Part shown: positions 29,567-37,463 of the stretch, piece by piece
Numbering within the stretch: position 1 is the first letter of the stretch
Layout: every line of letters starts with the position of its first letter
The notes under the pieces: generated by a model
What the model was told of the DNA's origin: nothing
What the model saw: only the letters and a program-made list of their open reading frames with translations
The model's database searches: none
Source of the DNA: Fibrobacteria bacterium
Lineage (GTDB): Bacteria > Fibrobacterota > Fibrobacteria > UBA11236
Length of the DNA stretch: 64,000 nucleotides
Reading direction: 5' to 3'
NCBI GenBank assembly: GCA_043745805.1
Contig: JAYTSD010000031.1
Span: 82,731 to 146,730, forward strand
Position numbers and translations under genes: made by a program

Positions 29567-29800
29567 ATGATTAACCCAAGGACTTTAAATAAAATTCGCG
29601 CGCCGGGTTTTGCACGAGATTTAAGGCGCGAACGAGCTTTGCATGTACCAAGAATTAAGCAGAGCTATTTAGCTGCGAGATTGGATATGGATGAAACAAC
29701 TGTTAGCAAATGGGAAAACGGTCACCAGTTTCCGGAGAGAGACACTAGAATTTTGATTGCGGAGATTTTGCCGGGTATGAGACAGTGGGCAGAAATATGA
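29567..29800 (+). CDS. XRE-family HTH regulator
   Basis: QSYLAARLDMDETTVSKWENGHQFP; GGAGG RBS; preceded by TTGATG-N17-TATATT (29518-29546). Confidence 0.85.
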   Translation: MINPRTLNKIRAPGFARDLRRERALHVPRIKQSYLAARLDMDETTVSKWENGHQFPERDTRILIAEILPGMRQWAEI

Positions 29801-30021
29801 GCAGCCTACCCATGAATAATTCAGAGACATTCGTCTTTGTTTTTAGACCTAAGAAAAAATAGGCTTTATTTAGAGATAGCTACTACAAGGTAAGAGATCG
29901 AAAAAAAACCATATTCCTCATCTTTATTTGACTTCGGTAAACATTTTTGAGTTTATTTAGGCAATTGTTGGAATTAATAAAATATTGGCACAATTTATTT
30001 TTGTTTACCTGATATTATGTA

Positions 30022-30050
30022 TTGACTAGGTAGGATGTTAGTAGTACATT
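30022..30050 (+). promoter_or_regulatory. Sigma70-like promoter for the small-ORF cluster
   Basis: TTGACT-N17-TACATT with an AT-rich upstream tract. Confidence 0.6.
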
Positions 30051-30097
30051 ATATACATGAGCAACGCAATAAAGCGACTCACAAAAAGGATTACAAA

Positions 30098-30352
30098 ATG
30101 AGCGGATACATGGTAGCAAGAGAAGACGGAAAAGTAAAAGTGGGTCGCGAATGGGTAACCCCAACCGAAGATATTTGCGAAAATAACGCCATGGTATCTC
30201 GCAAAGGCGCTGAAAACTATTTGGCAGATAATATCAAGGCCGAGCCAACAGCCCGTATAATCGAGGTATCGTCCGCTTATGTTGCCGCTCTTGAGGTAAC
30301 TGCATCATCAAAAAAAATCGAAAGCATGATGGCTTTTGGCGAGGATTTTTAA
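30098..30352 (+). CDS. Small phage hypothetical protein
   Basis: Likely start ATG 30098 (AAGGA RBS) within track ORF 30035..30352. Confidence 0.65.
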   Translation: MSGYMVAREDGKVKVGREWVTPTEDICENNAMVSRKGAENYLADNIKAEPTARIIEVSSAYVAALEVTASSKKIESMMAFGEDF

Positions 30353-30354
30353 AA

Positions 30355-30495
30355 ATGAAACAATCAATCGAAGCAAAAACAGCAAAAGAAGCCCGTAAAA
30401 TCGCTCCATGGGCAGACAAAATCGTAAAAGTCGAAGGTGGATATTTGGCTTTTGAATCGGTTAGCGAATACAAAATTTGGAAAAACCAAAAATAA
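30355..30495 (+). CDS. Small phage protein (46 aa); not in ORF track
   Basis: MKQSIEAKTAKEARKIAPWADKIVKVEGGYLAFESVSEYKIWKNQK; GAGG RBS. Confidence 0.75.
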   Translation: MKQSIEAKTAKEARKIAPWADKIVKVEGGYLAFESVSEYKIWKNQK

Positions 30496-30554
30496 TTAAC
30501 CCCCTGATGAGCCTGTGAGAGTCAGGCGAAACACTGAGATAGCGTCGGGATTAA
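30496..30554 (+). ncRNA. Type I hammerhead ribozyme
   Basis: Core CUGAUGA (30504-10); stem II gcctg/caggc; GAAA (30528-31); stem III closing on GUC (30544-46); stem I ttaacccc/gggattaa. Confidence 0.85.
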
Positions 30555-30574
30555 CAAAAAAAACGAGGGAAATT

Positions 30575-30790
30575 ATGATACACTGGTCAGCAAAAAATAA
30601 TAGCAGCTTTTTAAATGGTCATCGCTCCTCAAAAACTATGAGAGGCGCGGTTAGAGCTGCCCGCGCGTACCTCATGGGAGAGTTATATGGCGAGGGTACG
30701 ATCTCGTTTTTTGCAGATGGTGATTTTAGCCAGCCTATCCGAGAGGATGAGAGATCAATTTTCACAAATTTTAAGATGATTACAAAATAA
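30575..30790 (+). CDS. Small phage hypothetical protein
   Basis: ATG 30575 with GAGGGA RBS; the track start at 30515 lies inside the ribozyme. Confidence 0.65.
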   Translation: MIHWSAKNNSSFLNGHRSSKTMRGAVRAARAYLMGELYGEGTISFFADGDFSQPIREDERSIFTNFKMITK

Positions 30791-30838
30791 ATTTACTCTT
30801 GTAACTTATACGTTACTGTAACAAAAACTTAGGAAGTC

Positions 30839-31078
30839 ATGAAAATAAAAATAAAACCTGGACAGTCACCGAGTCTATTGCAAATAGCAAAATTGGTAAT
30901 TTATTATCCTAACCCAGGTAAATCGGTGCATAGAGGCATCGTGCAGCATACTGCTGAGGATGTGTCAAAATGGACGGGGGCGTCTCCAGCCAGCATTTAC
31001 AGGTATTGGGCTGCAGCCAGAAACCCAAAATCTGATTTAGCATTTGTGATTAGGGCCTTAAAATCGGGTGTAAAATAA
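30839..31078 (+). CDS. Small HTH-like protein
   Basis: TAEDVSKWTGASPASIYRYW resembles an HTH. Confidence 0.6.
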   Translation: MKIKIKPGQSPSLLQIAKLVIYYPNPGKSVHRGIVQHTAEDVSKWTGASPASIYRYWAAARNPKSDLAFVIRALKSGVK

Positions 31079-31491
31079 TGGGCAGCAAAAAATCAATATA
31101 CCTGTCCGACGCAGCGGAAAAAATACTCGACCTAGACGATAAAACAGGCGACTCACTATCCGGCAGAATCAACGCAACGATTTTGAGATTTGGCCGGATG
31201 ATGAGCGAGTCACGGCCTGCGCTGAGTGACGCCGAATGGCTCGCGACGTGCGACGTGCTTAATCAGAAGCTAGATCGCGTGAGCGAGAGGTTTATTTGGG
31301 CTGAGGTGGCAGACTCTCAAGGGCTTGGCAAAAAATGGGAAATCAATCAACCAGCACTGATAAAAAAATTGAGAGAAATGACCATTACCGAGATAATATG
31401 CGTGGCCGAGGTGGCGAGGAGATTTTGGGTAAATCATACTCTAACTACGGATCAGGCGTTAAATATCGCGCTTGGTAGAGATAAAAAATAA
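31078..31491 (+). CDS. Hypothetical protein with N-terminal RHH-like strand
   Basis: KKSIYLSDAAEKIL start; translationally coupled to the upstream gene. Confidence 0.6.
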   Translation: MGSKKSIYLSDAAEKILDLDDKTGDSLSGRINATILRFGRMMSESRPALSDAEWLATCDVLNQKLDRVSERFIWAEVADSQGLGKKWEINQPALIKKLREMTITEIICVAEVARRFWVNHTLTTDQALNIALGRDKK

Positions 31492-31592
31492 TGATACACT
31501 TATCACAAAGACTTCGATATTTTTTTGAGGCATGAATAGTCACCTTTAGTTTTATTTAAAAAACGACGATGGAAAAATATTTAAATAGGATT

Positions 31593-32402
31593 TTATTTAT
31601 ACACTACGCGAAACGCATAGCGCTTTTGCCCCTGCACAGCTAAGTGCAAGCCCTGTAATAATTTCACCTTCGGATAACCGCCGGTTGGTAAATAGCCTGT
31701 CCATACGATGGAACCCATTGAATTGTAAATTGTGGTATAAACATCTTGGGCGGCAAATTTTCCAAGACCCTTGATCTTTGTTGGCGTTTTTACCGTATCG
31801 TGTACCACCACCTTAGTCGTATCGTGAATCTTGATTGTATCGCGCAATGTGATTTTTATGGTGTCTCTTATGTGGGTGATTAACGTATCGGTTATGGTTA
31901 ACTTGGTCGTATCATGGGTAACGGTTTTTAATGTATCGTGTAAAGTAGTGGTTGTATTTACGGTGTCATAAAGAACAACCGTGATTGTGTCGTGTACTTG
32001 TTGAGGGTGGAAATTGTAGGCTTGGGATGTGACATTGTTTCCTTTAAATCCATCGAGATAGCCGAGTGGGTCCACATAAACATTTATCGAAAAAACTATT
32101 GGAATTACTTGTAGCGTGTCTTTAAAGCTCATAAAGCTACCTGAATTTATAACGTAATTGGCTGGGATGTTATGATATTTTAATGGTGTAAGCGAATCTT
32201 TGCCAATACTTATGACTGCTAAATCAATGGTTTGAGAATAAGAAGCTGTTGAACCATTATTAATCACAGCAGACTCGACCAGTATCGAATCGAATACGGA
32301 ACTACTGTGTATTTGGGTTACCCTGAAGAATGGAACGAGGTCGGGTGCAGCTGACGAAATAGACAAAGCGAAGAAAATCGAAGTGGTCAAAAACTTTATC
32401 AT
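31593..32402 (-). CDS. Secreted moron: CARDB/Ig-like domain, xDT repeat stalk, T9SS-CTD-like tail
   Basis: Signal peptide then APDLV...VINNG...VYVDP...GNN (CARDB-like); nine [HYTR]DT[IVLT] repeats; C-terminal TIYNSMGSIV...L.QGL.....K. Confidence 0.72.
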   Translation of the reverse strand: MIKFLTTSIFFALSISSAAPDLVPFFRVTQIHSSSVFDSILVESAVINNGSTASYSQTIDLAVISIGKDSLTPLKYHNIPANYVINSGSFMSFKDTLQVIPIVFSINVYVDPLGYLDGFKGNNVTSQAYNFHPQQVHDTITVVLYDTVNTTTTLHDTLKTVTHDTTKLTITDTLITHIRDTIKITLRDTIKIHDTTKVVVHDTVKTPTKIKGLGKFAAQDVYTTIYNSMGSIVWTGYLPTGGYPKVKLLQGLHLAVQGQKRYAFRVVYK

Positions 32403-32453
32403 ACACCCTCTTTACTGAACTTAATGAAACGACAAATGAAATTATAGTCAATT

Positions 32454-32846
32454 TTATTTGTCTTGTGACTTTTTGAGCCCTTCGATTTTCTGTAAAACTT
32501 CAAGTAATACGCTCCCAGCATGGTTTTTCATCGCGTCGAGTATTCTTTTTTCAAAGGCCTCGAGGTCGCTAACCGTAACTGGCCTGTTATTTTTTTCATG
32601 AAAATAAGTTGCTCGCGGCTCTGCTACCATTGATTCAAATTGACTTTGATCGATTAGCATATCGCCATGACTTGTATCAAGCCAATTCAAATTTAGACCC
32701 ATTTCGTGAAGTTTCTCGCGAACCGGAGTAGGGATCCTTGTTCCTTTTTCATATTTGGAATAAAGAGGCTGGCTAATATTCAGCTTTTCGCACATATCAG
32801 ACTGTTTAAATCTGATTTTTTCCCTGAACAGCCTCAAATTACTCAA
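32454..32846 (-). CDS. CI-like XRE repressor (no peptidase domain)
   Basis: LRLFREKIRFKQSDMCEKLNISQPLYSKYEKG...LNWL..G.M; divergent from the early operon. Confidence 0.85.
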   Translation of the reverse strand: MSNLRLFREKIRFKQSDMCEKLNISQPLYSKYEKGTRIPTPVREKLHEMGLNLNWLDTSHGDMLIDQSQFESMVAEPRATYFHEKNNRPVTVSDLEAFEKRILDAMKNHAGSVLLEVLQKIEGLKKSQDK

Positions 32847-32872
32847 ATTTAACCCAAAATATTTTTATTTTA

Positions 32873-32913
32873 TATAACTAATCGTTGTATTTTATAACTA
32901 ATCGTTATATATT
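32873..32913. promoter_or_regulatory. Tandem palindromic operators overlapping the rightward promoter
   Basis: TATAAC-taatc-GTTGTA (32873-89) and TATAAC-taatc-GTTATA (32893-909) with a 20-bp period; TTGTAT-N17-TATATT at 32885-32913. Confidence 0.75.
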
Positions 32914-32950
32914 TATACCATATACAACCAAGTACAACAAAGGTAAGTAA

Positions 32951-33178
32951 ATGGGATTACAAACACAATTAGCCGAACCTGAAATTGAAGGTGGAACACC
33001 TTACGATTCGCTTAAGCTGCAAAAAACAGTCACGGATAGTCTTCGAGAATTTCGTGACGAGCTTATTAAGCATCATGGAAAAGCCCACACCCTGACCGAT
33101 GCGCTGCGAACAGCCGTAGAAGCTGGACGTGAAAAGATTGGTGTTATTCCTAATCATATCAATAACTTAACTCTATAA
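32951..33178 (+). CDS. Cro-position small DNA-binding protein (RHH-like)
   Basis: First gene of the divergent early operon; 75 aa. Confidence 0.6.
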   Translation: MGLQTQLAEPEIEGGTPYDSLKLQKTVTDSLREFRDELIKHHGKAHTLTDALRTAVEAGREKIGVIPNHINNLTL

Positions 33179-33448
33179 CGGAAAGCAAACAAGATGCGAT
33201 TTAAATCCGAAAATCTGTCACACCCTGCCCCCGCCAGAAAATGCGGGCTTGATGGCGAAAAAAGGGGCGGGGTGTGCGTGAATGGCCAAAGTGGATTTAT
33301 TGACCCGCTGACTATCGCACTGACCGTTTTCGCAGTGAATTACTTGGCTCTTTATTTCAACTACGGATACCACAAATAAAAAAGGGGTTACCCGCTTGTA
33401 ACGAGTAACCCCCTGTCATCCAAACACACTAACTGAAAGGATAACTTA

Positions 33449-33763
33449 ATGACCATAATACACACAATCATCCGATTTATCAAAAGGATTCTTGCGCTGC
33501 CAATAAATTTGGTAATGGCAGCGAACCTTAAGCACCTAAAACACAAATATATAGAGGCGATTAAGGAACGAGATTTTTACGCCAATCGTTGCTGCGAGCT
33601 TACCGAAATCGAGTTCGATAAGGATGCCCAAATCAAGGCGTTTATTCACTCCTCGCAAAATTGGCAAAGGATTTCAGAGCGGTACAAATCGCACCTTGAA
33701 ACTATTCGACTCAACCGATCCTCAGCCGAAGACATAGACAAAATGTTGAGTGAGGTCCGCTAA
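33449..33763 (+). CDS. Phage hypothetical protein
   Basis: 104 aa; AAGGA RBS. Confidence 0.6.
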   Translation: MTIIHTIIRFIKRILALPINLVMAANLKHLKHKYIEAIKERDFYANRCCELTEIEFDKDAQIKAFIHSSQNWQRISERYKSHLETIRLNRSSAEDIDKMLSEVR

Positions 33764-33999
33764 TGAATGCTACTACTGATTGGTTAGCAACATTCCAAGA
33801 AGTCTCCCGTCCTCACAATGCCGCACTAATTGCTGCAAAACGTGACTTGCCGGTAATCGACCAAGTTGAGGCAGCTTGTCTTGCGGTAATATCCGCATGT
33901 AACAGTAGCAACTCTGTTACTGGATATAATCTAGGGTTTACCGCCGGTCAAGAGTCAGCCGCTAAAATGGTTTTGGGACTGATTGGGAGGGGTAACTAA
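33763..33999 (+). CDS. Phage hypothetical protein
   Basis: 78 aa; TAATG coupling. Confidence 0.6.
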   Translation: MNATTDWLATFQEVSRPHNAALIAAKRDLPVIDQVEAACLAVISACNSSNSVTGYNLGFTAGQESAAKMVLGLIGRGN

Positions 34000-34151
34000 T
34001 GACATACCCGATACAACCAATATGGGTGGTGGCTAAAAGATTCGAAGACCCGTACCAAGACCATGAAGACGTACTCGACAGAATGCGCATGGAATCGGAT
34101 CGAAGAGAAGAAGAAAACGACAACAAATTTAACGACGAAGACGAGGAATAA
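33999..34151 (+). CDS. Small very acidic protein (50 aa); not in ORF track
   Basis: MTYPIQPIWVVAKRFEDPYQDHEDVLDRMRMESDRREEENDNKFNDEDEE; GGAGG RBS; coupled on both sides. Confidence 0.65.
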   Translation: MTYPIQPIWVVAKRFEDPYQDHEDVLDRMRMESDRREEENDNKFNDEDEE

Positions 34152-35174
34152 ATGGAAACTCAAGTATTAGAAAACCCAATGGTAGAAGTAAACACGAAGC
34201 GTGAAATCGTATTGATAACCAAAACGGATGCAGATATTTTGGCCGTAAAAAAAATTGCATTAGCGATTAAGGTCATGGGGCCAACCGATAAAGCGGGATA
34301 TGAAGCCGCCAAAAAATTAAGACTCGAGGTGCGGGATATGCGCCTTATTGTGGACAAAACGCATAAAGAAGTTAAAGAGGAATCTTTAAAATATGGGAAA
34401 AAATGTGATGCGGAAAAAAATCGACTTTTAGCATTGCTGGAACCAATCGAATCCTACCTAGCATCTCAAGAAAAAATCGTAACCGATGAAGAAGAGCGTT
34501 TAAAAGCCGAGAAGCAAAGGCTCCTTGAGGAAAAAATTAAGGCCAGACAACAAGCGTTTGCCAATGTTCACTCGCCTGTTACCTATACAGATGTTTTATT
34601 AATGACCGATGAAGTTTATGAAGCCAAGTTGGCTGAAGACACGGAAAAGGAAACAGTACGGCTTAAGGATATTGCCGACCAAGCGGCAAAACTTGAAGAG
34701 CAGCGCATAGCGCAAGAAGCCCAGCAAAAAGTATTAGACGATCAACGTGCAGAGCGGGAGCGAATAACCGCTGAAGCGCAAGCTATCATCGCAACGCGCC
34801 AAGCTGAGCTTGCCGCCGAACAAAAGTTAATCGACGAAGCAAACGCTGAAATCTCAAGAGTTAAGCGCGAAGAAGAACTTGCAAAGGAAGCCGCCGAAGA
34901 TGCCTTGGCCAAAAAAGCCGAAGAGGATAAGGCCGCAACGGAGTTAGCGCAAAAAGAAGAAGCGAATCGCTTGGCAATCGAAGCAGCTGCACCGGATGCG
35001 GATAAGATTTTGAAATTCTCAAAAGAGGTTGAAAATTTATCTATACCTCAAATGAATAGCGAGGCAGGGAAATTAGCTGAAAAAGATTTGCGTTTTATTT
35101 TGGTGCGCGCAGCACAATCAATCGTTACGCTCTCAAATTTAGTTTCCACTAATAAAATTCACGAGGCGCAATAA
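34152..35174 (+). CDS. Coiled-coil protein of the recombination module
   Basis: 340 aa, E/A/K-rich, immediately upstream of Bet. Confidence 0.7.
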   Translation: METQVLENPMVEVNTKREIVLITKTDADILAVKKIALAIKVMGPTDKAGYEAAKKLRLEVRDMRLIVDKTHKEVKEESLKYGKKCDAEKNRLLALLEPIESYLASQEKIVTDEEERLKAEKQRLLEEKIKARQQAFANVHSPVTYTDVLLMTDEVYEAKLAEDTEKETVRLKDIADQAAKLEEQRIAQEAQQKVLDDQRAERERITAEAQAIIATRQAELAAEQKLIDEANAEISRVKREEELAKEAAEDALAKKAEEDKAATELAQKEEANRLAIEAAAPDADKILKFSKEVENLSIPQMNSEAGKLAEKDLRFILVRAAQSIVTLSNLVSTNKIHEAQ

Positions 35175-36229
35175 TGAGCGGCACAGAATTAGTTGTTGAA
35201 GAGCAAAGGCACGTTGCGGTTCAAAATGAACTCTCGTTCAATCAAGAAAAAATAGATCTGCTTAAGCGCACTATCTGCAAGGGCGCAACAAATGACGAGC
35301 TTGAATTGTTCATGAACCAATGCAAGCGCCTAAATCTCGATCCATTTTTGCGCCAAATCCATGCCGTTAAACGTTACGATTCCAAGCTGCAAACAGATGT
35401 CATGTCCACGCAAACCAGTATTGATGGATTCCGACTAATTGCCGAAAGAACATCTGCATATCAAGGACAAACGCCTGCTATGTGGTGTGATATTGATGGG
35501 GTTTGGAAAGATGTATGGCTAAGCGATAACTTTCCATTTGCGGCAAGAATAGGTGTACATAAAAAAGGATTTAAAGATCCGCTTTATTGCACTGCGCACT
35601 GGAAAGAATACGTTCAGACGTATCAAAAAGGGAACCAAACCTTTATTGGCTCAATGTGGAAAAAAATGCCTACGCTTATGTTGGCAAAGTGCGCCGAAGC
35701 TTTAGCGTTACGTAAAGCTTTCCCGCACGAGTTGAGTGGAATTTATACCAGCGATGAAATGTCACAGGCCGAAAATGCTGTTGATGTTCAAACTGATGTA
35801 AAGGTCGATCCAGTTGCCAAAGCCGAAGAGTCGCAAGAGCAATTGAAGCTAAAGCGCATTCGTGCAGAGTTTAATCAAAAGTTAGTTGAGTGCAAAGCTA
35901 AAGAAGAAGTTTTAAAAATAAATCAAGCCTTTGATGCTGAGCAGGGCAGAACAATATGGGCAAAGGTTACCGGCGTCCGCGATAGAGAAACCTTTTTATC
36001 CATGGCGAATGATCGCTTAAAGTTTTTCGATGAGCGGAAAGACCAAATTGAAACCGCGAAAATCGAAACGCGAAAGCGCATTGAATCCTGCCAAACCGAA
36101 AAAGAATGGCTCGAAATAAACGGCTACATCTATAACATGGATGATACCTTGCTTATTGATTTGTTGCGGGAAAAAGGAAAAGAAATCGGAGTACCCGATC
36201 ACTTTTTGGAAGAATTAACCAGCGCTTAA
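35174..36229 (+). CDS. bet: Phage single-strand annealing recombinase Bet (RecT family)
   Basis: ELELFMNQCKRLNLDPF..QI, SIDGFRLIAERT..YQG, W..MP..MLAKCAEALALRKAFP, GIYTSDEM. Confidence 0.92.
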   Translation: MSGTELVVEEQRHVAVQNELSFNQEKIDLLKRTICKGATNDELELFMNQCKRLNLDPFLRQIHAVKRYDSKLQTDVMSTQTSIDGFRLIAERTSAYQGQTPAMWCDIDGVWKDVWLSDNFPFAARIGVHKKGFKDPLYCTAHWKEYVQTYQKGNQTFIGSMWKKMPTLMLAKCAEALALRKAFPHELSGIYTSDEMSQAENAVDVQTDVKVDPVAKAEESQEQLKLKRIRAEFNQKLVECKAKEEVLKINQAFDAEQGRTIWAKVTGVRDRETFLSMANDRLKFFDERKDQIETAKIETRKRIESCQTEKEWLEINGYIYNMDDTLLIDLLREKGKEIGVPDHFLEELTSA

Positions 36230-36275
36230 AAAGTCTTTAAATCAAAAATTCACATAACAAATAAAGGAATGTATC

Positions 36276-36923
36276 ATGGATGAACGGGAAATAAAAATTT
36301 TAATAGCAACTCGCGGCGAAGATCTGGCTTCCGCACTCAACAAACTTGACGATACGGAAATTGCGCTTGTGTTGGGTAACCTCAGTGATGGAAGGCTTGC
36401 GCGTGTGTTGGGTAACCTCAGTGATGGAAGGCTTGCGCTTGTGTTGGGTAACCTCAGTGATGGAGGGCTTGCGCTTGTGTTGGGTAACCTCAGTGATGGA
36501 GGGCTTGCGCGTGTGTTGGGTAACCTCAGTGATGGAAGGCTTGCGCTTGTGTTGGGATCCGACATTGCATTAAAAGATAGATGGGGAAAAATGATGGCAG
36601 ATGTCCCATTTGTTGAGAATCTGTATACAAATATTTTAGTACCGATTGAAGCTCAAAAATGCGCGCTAGACCAAGCTAATTGGGAATGTGGCACCACAAG
36701 ATGTGTTGCTGGACATACAGTTTATGCCGCTGGCAAAAAAGGATTGAAATTAAGAGATAAGTATGATTGGTCAATAGCCGCTCTTTTAATTCATCGCAAA
36801 AGCCGCCCAAATGCTCCTGCACCAAGTCATGCCGGACATATACCAAATGATTGCATGCTTGAATTTATTCGCGCACGCGCCGAAGAAGAAGCAAAATCAG
36901 AAGTTGTTGAGGAAGCAAAATGA
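36276..36923 (+). CDS. Tandem-repeat protein with C-terminal W.C.TT.C.AG domain
   Basis: LA(L/R)VLGNLSDG(R/G) x5 followed by WECGTTRCVAGHTV..AGK.G. Confidence 0.7.
   Translation: MDEREIKILIATRGEDLASALNKLDDTEIALVLGNLSDGRLARVLGNLSDGRLALVLGNLSDGGLALVLGNLSDGGLARVLGNLSDGRLALVLGSDIALKDRWGKMMADVPFVENLYTNILVPIEAQKCALDQANWECGTTRCVAGHTVYAAGKKGLKLRDKYDWSIAALLIHRKSRPNAPAPSHAGHIPNDCMLEFIRARAEEEAKSEVVEEAK
36361..36556 (+). repeat. 36-bp tandem repeat, 5 full copies plus a 16-bp partial
   Basis: Unit ttgcgc(t/g)tgtgttgggtaacctcagtgatgga(a/g)ggc; only two variable positions; no spacers. Confidence 0.97.
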
Positions 36924-37192
36924 GCGACAAACAAAAGACGTTCCCAATTCCAGAGGAAATAATGAACGAAATCCTTGCGATGCATACGCAGATCGAGGAT
37001 AACCAAAAGCAAAAAACATTTTTAGAGCAAAAATCCAGTTTAGTGCGAATGAAAATGAACTCGCTAATTATGGAAAAAATCCCCGAATTGCGCGGCGAGA
37101 ATATTTGTATTCACGTTGAAGAAAAAACAGCAGTTGTCCACGATAATAACATTGCTGAAGCTTTTCGTCGTGTCTTTGGAATGGGAGATTAA
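36920..37192 (+). CDS. Phage hypothetical protein
   Basis: 90 aa; ATGA overlap. Confidence 0.6.
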   Translation: MSDKQKTFPIPEEIMNEILAMHTQIEDNQKQKTFLEQKSSLVRMKMNSLIMEKIPELRGENICIHVEEKTAVVHDNNIAEAFRRVFGMGD

Positions 37193-37200
37193 ATTAAAAA

Positions 37201-37410
37201 ATGGATACCATGACTGAAGACATTGTATTGACCAAAGATCAGTTTATGCAGCGCTATAATGTGCTAGAAGATTGGATACAAAAAAACACCCAAGCGAAGC
37301 GCATACCTGGTCAATTCAAGGTCGGCAAATCATGGCGCTATCCATTGGCCGAGATTCAAAAAAATATTCTTAAAACGGGACAATTGCTTTTGAAGAAAGA
37401 GATTCACTAG
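37201..37410 (+). CDS. xis: Excisionase-like winged-HTH protein
   Basis: VLTKDQFMQRYNV...RIPGQFKVGKSWRY; adjacent to the integrase. Confidence 0.75.
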   Translation: MDTMTEDIVLTKDQFMQRYNVLEDWIQKNTQAKRIPGQFKVGKSWRYPLAEIQKNILKTGQLLLKKEIH

Positions 37411-37463
37411 TGTATCTTTTTCTCGGCCAGCCAAAGCCACCCATAACGAGAGGTAACTTTCTT

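Noticed and set aside
36361-36556. CRISPR array (36-bp repeats)
   Set aside because: Repeats are head-to-tail with no spacers, stay in frame within a CDS, and no cas genes are visible.
36242-36573. Alternative-frame ORFs 36242..36565(-) and 36346..36573(+)
   Set aside because: Open only because the 36-bp unit lacks stops in those frames; the 36276 frame has an RBS and operon coupling.
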